Below are positions 57,212 through 64,000 of a stretch of 64,000 bases of DNA, one piece after another. Numbering within the stretch: the stretch's first letter is position 1; every line of letters begins with the position of its first letter. Source of the stretch: Octopus sinensis (lineage: Eukaryota); assembly GCF_006345805.1 (NCBI RefSeq), contig NC_043009.1, positions 64,046,001-64,110,000 on the forward strand. Reading direction: 5' to 3'. Position numbers and translations under genes: made by a program. Under the pieces are notes generated by a model. The model was given only the letters and a program-made list of their open reading frames with translations. It did not search any database and was not told the DNA's origin.

Positions 57212-60200
57212 TTATATATATATAACACAAAACATGGAAGGGAAGTTTTCTAAGTATCCTACTCTGTGTATCTAATTTCACTGAAAGCAATTATTCGATG
57301 AGATATTTTTACAACCTTTTGTCTAGTAGTAAACGTAGAACCTCAAACTTAAAAGATCTACGTGAGTGCTTACTGGAGCCATTGTTTAGTTCGTAAAATT
57401 ATTAGTAATTAAGTCTTGGCTAAAACATTGTTTTGTGATGAGTTAGCTGTCATTGGGTACTCACTGCATGATTTCCGAGTTTTATTGTAATTATGAACGA
57501 AAAACAGGTAAATGTAAAATGATTTTCTCATTATAACGATTTGTATCCCTAATGTTTTAATATTGATTTCAAATTCTTTTTTTGAACAAGACCAGCAATT
57601 TAGTGGGTGGGGCTAAACCGATTACATCGACCCCAGTGCTCAACTAGAACGTATTTTATCGACCTCGAAGGGGCGAAACGCAAAATTAACCTCGGTGGAA
57701 ATTGAACCTAGAACGTGATGACGGACGAAATGCCGCTAAGTATTTCGCCCGGCATGCTTAAGATTCTGCTAGCTCAATATTTGAACATTGGTTGAATATT
57801 AATATTTGATGCAACAACAGTTTACCTTTTGGCGCAAAGTTTGAGACAATGCAGTTAAGTCCAGCGAATACCATGAAGAAACAGAGCGGCTTTCGATGAC
57901 CAAACCAGTGAAAGAAGATGTACCCGATAAAGCCGGCTGGAATTTCTACTGCTGATATCAACACGAAGTTTAAATATCGATTTCCAGACATATCAACAGA
58001 ATTTAATGTCACTCCGTAATAAAGCATACTGTTCACAATCCTGCAATAAAATCGGTAGCGTTGGAAGTCATCCGTTGATTGTGTTTAATAACACAGTAAT
58101 AGATAAAAATAGATAAAAAAAAATGGTTCGTAGTATAAGTATTGATTTCAAATTTTGGCACAAGGCCAGCAATTTCGGGAATGGAGTCTAACCAAATAGA
58201 TCGACCCCAGTGTACAACTGGTATCTATTTTATCAAGGCGGCGAGCTGGCAGAAACGTTAGCACGCCGGGCGAAATGCTTAGCGGTATTTCGTTTGCGTT
58301 ACGTTGTGAGTTCAAATTCCGCCGAGGTTGACTTTGCCTTTCATCCTTTCGGGGTCGATAAATTAAGTACCAGTTACGCACTGGGGTCGATGTAATCGAC
58401 TTAATACCTATGTCTATCCTTGTTTGTCCCCTCTGTGTTTAGCCCCTTGTGGGTAATAAAGAAATAGGTATCTATTTTATCAAACCCAAAGAATGAAAGG
58501 TAAAAATTGACCTCGGAGGAAGTCGAACTTAGAATATAAAAACGGACGAAATGCCGTTGGGATTTTTTCCCGGTGTGCTAACGATTCTGCCAGCACGTTG
58601 TCTTGGTGGGACGTATAATTATTAATGAATAGTTAACATATCATATAGATATGTGCAAATATTATTTATTATTTACTTATGCGCCCTTTTCAAGCCTAGC
58701 CAGGCTCATTGGACCCGGTTTTCCGGTTTCTATGGCGTATGTGCTCCCCCCAGCTGGACAGGACGCCAGTCCATCGCAGCGTTACTCAAGAAACAGGAAG
58801 TAAGAGTGAGAGAAAGTTGGGGCGAAAGAGTACAAGAGGGGTCGCCACCACCTCCTGTCGGAGCCTCGTGGAGCTTTTGGTGTTTTCGCTCAATAAACAC
58901 ACACAACGCCCGGTCTGGGAATCGAAACCGCGATCCTCCGACCGCGAGTCTACTGCCCTAACCACTGGGCCATATGCGCAAATATTACATAAAAGTATTC
59001 CCGTTCATGCTACTGTAAACATTTACTATTTCTAATAACTAATTAACAACACTATATATTTACCAATTAAACCAAAGATTTGTAGAAATCAACACTCTTC
59101 GAGGTTTCTTAAAGAGATCAATTGCTGTGGAAGATTTCTTTTCAGATTTTCGATTATTTCTAATATATGTATCACCATCAGTTTGTTCATGAATTATTGA
59201 TTTGCTTTCTACTTCTCTTTGAAGTTTCCAAAGATTTGCCATCTTCTCATCGTCTCTTTTATTTGCTCTTGCTATCCTGTTGAATGACTTTTTTGCTTTT
59301 TCAAATTTTCTTTTACTAAGAAGCCACCGAGGAGATTCAGGAAGATATCTGTCAAGTAAAAAACATTTCTGGACGGTGAGATAAGAAAATATGATATTCT
59401 CATTGAAGTGGGGATTGAAGTTATAGAATATAAAATTTGAAGTGATCATTTAGGCCAATTTAGGATCAAGTTAAGAAAAAGTAATGTAATGTGTAAATCT
59501 GTAGAGAAATATGTGAAGCTGTGACCAACGTGTTTATCCTATTTAAGTACTGTAATAAGTTTATCATGAAATTGATAACTCAAAGTTACTCTACGCTTTA
59601 AGATTATTCAATTACGCATGCACAAATATGTAAGCTTGTATATACTCTTTTACTCTTTTACTTGTTTCAGTCATTTGACTGTGGCCATGCTGGAGCACCA
59701 CCTTTAGTCGAGCAAATCGACCCCGGGACTTATTCTTTGTAAGCCTAGTACTTATTCTATCGAACTCTTTTGCCGAACCGCCAAGTTACGGGGACGTAAA
59801 TACACCAGCATCGGTTGTCAAGCGATGTTGGGGGAACAAACACAGACACACAAACATATACACACACATACATATATATATATACATATATACGACGGGC
59901 TTCTTTCAGTTTCCCTCTACTAAATCCACTCACAAGGCTTTGGTTGGCCCGAGGCTATAGTAGAGGACACTTACCCAAGGTGCGACGCAGTGGGACTGAA
60001 CCCGGAACCATGTGGTTGGTAAGCAAGCTACTTACCACATAACCACTCCTACGCCTATGTGTATATATGTATGGTGATCTTGCTTCATTAAACACTATAG
60101 TAAACTCGTGTGTGCGCGTGTAGGTGCTTATGTAAAAGCTGTAAGAAAATTAATTAAACTAGTTGTACAAATACCAAAATTATACATTAACCAGAAAGAC

Positions 60201-60983
60201 TATTCTCCCAAACTGCAAAGATCTACCTACTTCATTGCTATAATGAGCAGCGGAATGTGCGGAAGACATGTAGCATACAATAGATATTTCCAGTCACGAA
60301 GTCCATATGCCAGTCCTGCAAGAAGCATTTCTCCGAGAGCAAAGATTCCATGAACAGCAAAATTCAAAGGCATTCGGTAATTTTGTGAGACACATTCTAC
60401 TACTGTAATGGAAGGAAAAAAGGTCGAATAGATATGATGTCTAATAAAAGAAAGTGGAGAATGCCAGAAATAGTAGAGCATCATACGGTATGTCTGGCGA
60501 CACATTTTTTTCTTGTTGTGTAACTTAGACGAGACCCCGGGCACTGGGGGCGCGTAGCGTTTAGGCTTAGTCTCAATGGGAATGTAAATGTGTAGGTTTC
60601 ACTTAATGACACCCAAGGGCCAGATGGTGATGTTGAACAGTCCGCAGATTAAGTGGGCTTTCTTGTAAAGACAAACCACACCAAAGTCGATATATTTTTC
60701 TACCGTCCGGGCCTACAAAAAACAAAAACAAAACAATCCAGCTGAGACTTTGCTGGAGATTTAAAGGATTGTGTACAATCAATGCATATGGCGTTATACT
60801 CTTTTACTTGTTTCAGTCATTTGACTGCGGCCATGCTGGAGCACCGCCTTTAATCGAGCAACTCGACCCCGGGACTTATTCTTTTGTAAGCCCAGTACTT
60901 ATTCTATCGGTCTCTTTTGCCGAACCGCTAAGTAACGGGGACATAAACAATAGGGGACAAACACAGACACACAAACACACACA

Positions 60984-61026
<43 letters not shown>

Positions 61027-61103
61027 GTCTATATGAGAAATATATTATTTTGGACAGGGGATGTGTAAGAGCGCATGATACATTTTGAAGAAGAAGATGA
61101 TGA

Positions 61104-61135
<32 letters not shown>

Positions 61136-61444
61136 ATAATCCTTTCTTTATTAGCCTCAAGGGCTAACAAATATAAGATTGGATATTAACTGAACATGAA
61201 GGACAAAGTGGGGTTACATGTAAAAAGTCATGTAAAAAGTCAATAATAATGAAAAATATACCAAAGAAAATGCCTAAAAGAAGCAAGCAACACTGGCCTA
61301 CTCATGGAGACCCCACGAAAAATCCACAAGCGTCATGACCACTAAGGTATCAGCCCTCTCCCCAACTTTCGTACAATGCGCTAACGATTCTGCTAGCTCG
61401 CTGCCTTTATCACGTTGATGATAATAATAATAATAATAATGATA

Positions 61445-61519
<75 letters not shown>

Positions 61520-61933
61520 TACTTTCTATGTAATCTCAAGGTTTAAAACAAACAATTTTTTTTTTAGACATCCACTAGTACAACACAAAAAACAACCAAA
61601 TATATGGCACACTAGGCATAACAACAACGTGAACTTCCAACCTGTTGTCTCTTGAGGTCTCTGGGTGAGACTTGGAGCCAACTTGTACGAATATAAAGCA
61701 AAAGTCAAACATATAATAATAATAACAATAATAATAATAATAGCAATTTTGTTTTATATGAATCACTGAATCACTCACAGATGGTGTATAACATCATAAA
61801 GGTTCCTGCTTGTCCGAATCCTTCGAGGAAGTACATAATAACAAACATGGTATAATTTGTTGAGTTTATTTTAGTTATAGCGCAAATGAGGTACGCTATT
61901 TCTGAAAAACAGTATGTTTTAAATCGGCCGATT
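53430..61933 (-). CDS. SLC22 family transporter, gene B (convergent paralogue); last six exons, 5' exons not found in the window
   Basis: Minus-strand exons 61779-61933, 60231-60402, 59064-59348, 57826-58040, 55807-55915 and 53430-53637 have AG/GT boundaries and join in frame. Motifs: RIGRF, PESPRW, YYG, ELFPTVVR, LPEMK. Confidence 0.92.
53862..53903 (+). ncRNA. Minimal type-I hammerhead-ribozyme-like motif (Penelope-type), possibly degenerate
   Basis: ATAAAC-CTGATGA-tcgcgtaacacat-GAAA-G-TA-C-TA-GTTTAT: intact core boxes, perfect 6-bp helix I and palindromic AGTACT helix III; helix II is imperfect. Confidence 0.5.
54856..55700. repeat. Degenerate (TATG)n microsatellite, ~850 bp
   Basis: Direct read. 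Confidence 0.95.
55807..55915 (-). CDS. SLC22 gene B 109-nt exon (GKLGGSASF...VELFPTVVR)
   Basis: Acceptor ttttcAG and donor GTAAGT. Confidence 0.92.
56512..56664. repeat. Palindromic (inverted) repeat, Penelope-LTR-like
   Basis: gaatgcacagacgaacggagaa (56522-56543) is the exact reverse complement of 56635-56656, extending to about 30 bp with one bulge. Confidence 0.75.
57383..57715 (-). repeat. Arm 2 of the inverted duplication, in an intron of SLC22 gene B
   Basis: Reverse complement of 52942-53273. Confidence 0.92.
57826..58040 (-). CDS. SLC22 gene B 215-nt exon (IVNSMLYYGVTLNSVDMSGNRYLNF...)
   Basis: Acceptor tgcAG and donor GTAAA; closely similar to gene A exon 7. Confidence 0.93.
59064..59348 (-). 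CDS. SLC22 gene B 285-nt exon (YLPESPRWLL...IDLFKKP)
   Basis: Acceptor gacAG and donor GTAAAT; PESPRW. Confidence 0.92.
60231..60402 (-). CDS. SLC22 gene B 172-nt exon (VECVSQNYR...LRDWKYL)
   Basis: Acceptor ttacAG and donor GTAGGT on the minus strand. Confidence 0.9.
61779..61933 (-). CDS. SLC22 gene B 155-nt exon (IGRFKTYCF...MLYTI)
   Basis: Minus-strand acceptor tttcAG and donor GTGAGT; same size as gene A exon 4. Confidence 0.88.
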
Positions 61934-62053
61934 CTGAAAAAGAGAGAAAAAAGATCATTGAGTCAGATCGTTGAGTCATTTCGAAGAGTCTTCTCATTTT
62001 TGCGTCTAGAAAAGATTGCATCTTCTGATACTAATCTATTAATACGTCTTCTT

Positions 62054-62108
<55 letters not shown>

Positions 62109-62613
62109 TTGTATAATGAGCAAACTATTTGAAAGATATGAATTATCTGCCTGACATAATTGTTTTTTTAGAAATTGTTCCTGGAGTGGCTGTGTGGTAA
62201 GTAGCTTGCTTCCCAACCACACGGTGCCGGGTTCACTCCTACTGCGTGGCATCTTGGGCAAGTGTCTCCTGCTATATAGCCTCGGGCCGACCAAAGCCTT
62301 GCGGTTCGGCAAAAGAGAACGATAGAATAAGTATGAGGCTTACAAAGAATGAGTCCTAGGGTCGATTCGTTCGATTAAAGGCGCTGCTCCAGCATGGCCG
62401 CAGTCAAATGACTGAATCAAATAAAAGAATAAACAACCCCAGGGGGTATTCTATTTTCACAGGTCTATAAATTCATAACAGCTCCCTATGTAGCGAGTTA
62501 CATAAGAGCCAACGCACCAAGCTTTTAGGCCTTCATTCACTCTGCTATTGTGCTAAATATTAATAAAAAAGATATTTGTTTTCAGTTCTATTTTGCCTGC
62601 CTGTATCACCCAA

Positions 62614-62666
<53 letters not shown>

Positions 62667-62899
62667 TATATATACATACATACATATATGCGCTTGGCTT
62701 AGATTTTCCTTTGGGGCTGGCTAGATCGGAGCAATCTCAAGATTAATCAGCCGAAATTGCGAGGATGATCCGGTTCTTGACTGAAGATTGAAGGCTTCGA
62801 ATCTCCCGTCCGTGTTTTTTGTATCGTCTTCTAAATGTTTTGCGTTCTTGTCCCAGTTTGTATTTTTTTACATATACATATATACATATACATATACGT

Positions 62900-62979
<80 letters not shown>

Positions 62980-62991
62980 GTTATATATAGT

Positions 62992-63038
<47 letters not shown>

Positions 63039-63350
63039 GTTAATCCAAACATGAACAAGCAAGAAAAACAAACAACACGAGGATGTTGAAATAAGTACAG
63101 GGTTATTGGACGCTCAGGAAAGGAAAGAAAGAGGATTTCCTCGTTTCGAGCGGAGCTCTTCGTCAGAAATATAGAGAAAGTCCAAAGAAGGGAAGACGGA
63201 GAAAGAAAATCGTCAACGATACACACGCGGTGACATATTGAAAATACATATACATACATACGCACACACACATGCATACACACACATATGGGGTGGGGAG
63301 GTGTACGGGCAGGGTGGTTTTGCTTTATGCTAGTGAGTTTGTTGCACGTT

Positions 63351-63752
63351 TTTTGTACCACATTGACATTTTTGTACCACATTAGCGTTTTGTACCACAT
63401 TGCCGTTTGTACCGCATTAGCAGTTGTACCACATTGGCGTTTTGTACCACATTAGCGTTTTGTACCACATTGCCGTTTGTACCGCATTAGCATTTGTACC
63501 ACATTGGCGTTTTGTACCACATTAGCGTTTTGTACCACATTGCCGTTTGTACCGCATTAGCATTTGTACCACATTGGCGTTTTGTACCACATTAGCGTTT
63601 TGTACCACATTGCCGTTTGTACCGCATTAGCATTTGTACCACATTGGCGTTTGTACCACATTAGCGTTTTGTATCACATTGCCGTTTGTACCGCATTAGC
63701 ATTTGTACCGCATTAGCATTTGTACCACATTGTCGTTTGTACCACATTGGCG
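63351..63752. repeat. 17-18-bp minisatellite (tttgtaccRcatt-xxx) organised as a 70-bp four-unit higher-order repeat
   Basis: The order agcg / gccg / agca(ccgc) / ggcg recurs about every 70 bp, roughly 5 times. Confidence 0.93.
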
Positions 63753-64000
63753 CAGATCATTTACATCGACAGTTTTCGCCGTTAGTTTATATGATACGTA
63801 TTTCTCATTACTAAATATATATTCATTTGTATTGTGGAGGCGCAATGGCCCAGTGGTTAGGGCAGCGGACTCGCGGTCATAGGATCGCGGTTTCGATTCC
63901 CAGACCGGGCGTTGTGAGTGTTTATTGAGCGAAAACACCTAAAGCTCCACGAGGCTCCGGCAGGGGGTGGTGGTGATCCCCGCTGTACTCTTTCACCACA

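Noticed and set aside
60480-60715. Candidate extra exon of SLC22 gene B (acceptor-like ttttgtAG on the minus strand)
   Set aside because: All frames close or lack SLC22 similarity, and the flanking 155- and 172-nt exons already join in frame.
63351-63752. CRISPR-like appearance (constant repeat with variable intervening bases)
   Set aside because: The variable parts are only 3-4 nt and recur periodically; there are no unique spacers or cas genes, and the context is eukaryotic.
63834-63905. tRNA-like sequence (ggcgcaatggcccagtggttagggcagcggactcgcgg...ttcgattccc)
   Set aside because: It is the head of multi-copy SINE family 2 and runs directly into SINE body sequence, with no complete acceptor stem.

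Overview
AT-rich eukaryotic genomic DNA, most likely from a coleoid cephalopod (Octopus sp.). This is inferred from the tRNA-headed SINE families, RTE elements with (GAT)n tails and tandem C2H2 zinc-finger genes without KRAB domains. The window holds four protein-coding genes. Two are tandem single-coding-exon C2H2 zinc-finger paralogues on + (1466-2452 and 11457-12638). One is a complete 9-coding-exon SLC22 organic cation/anion transporter gene on + (23629-42652; the exons I reconstructed join in frame to 1638 nt, 545 aa). The fourth is a convergent SLC22 paralogue on - with six exons visible (53430-61933); its 5' exons were not found in the window. Between the two transporter genes lies an orphan decayed copy of one exon. 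The rest is repeat: three SINE families, RTE and CR1-clade LINE remnants, and decayed hAT, mariner and Ty3/Gypsy coding fragments. There are also nested MITEs, non-autonomous Helitrons, Penelope-type palindromes, hammerhead-ribozyme-like motifs, a 10x117-bp satellite, a higher-order minisatellite and many microsatellites. Most ORFs in the supplied track (HTYI/MYVC/IYIY repeats) are microsatellite artefacts. There are no CRISPR arrays, rRNA genes or genuine tRNA genes.
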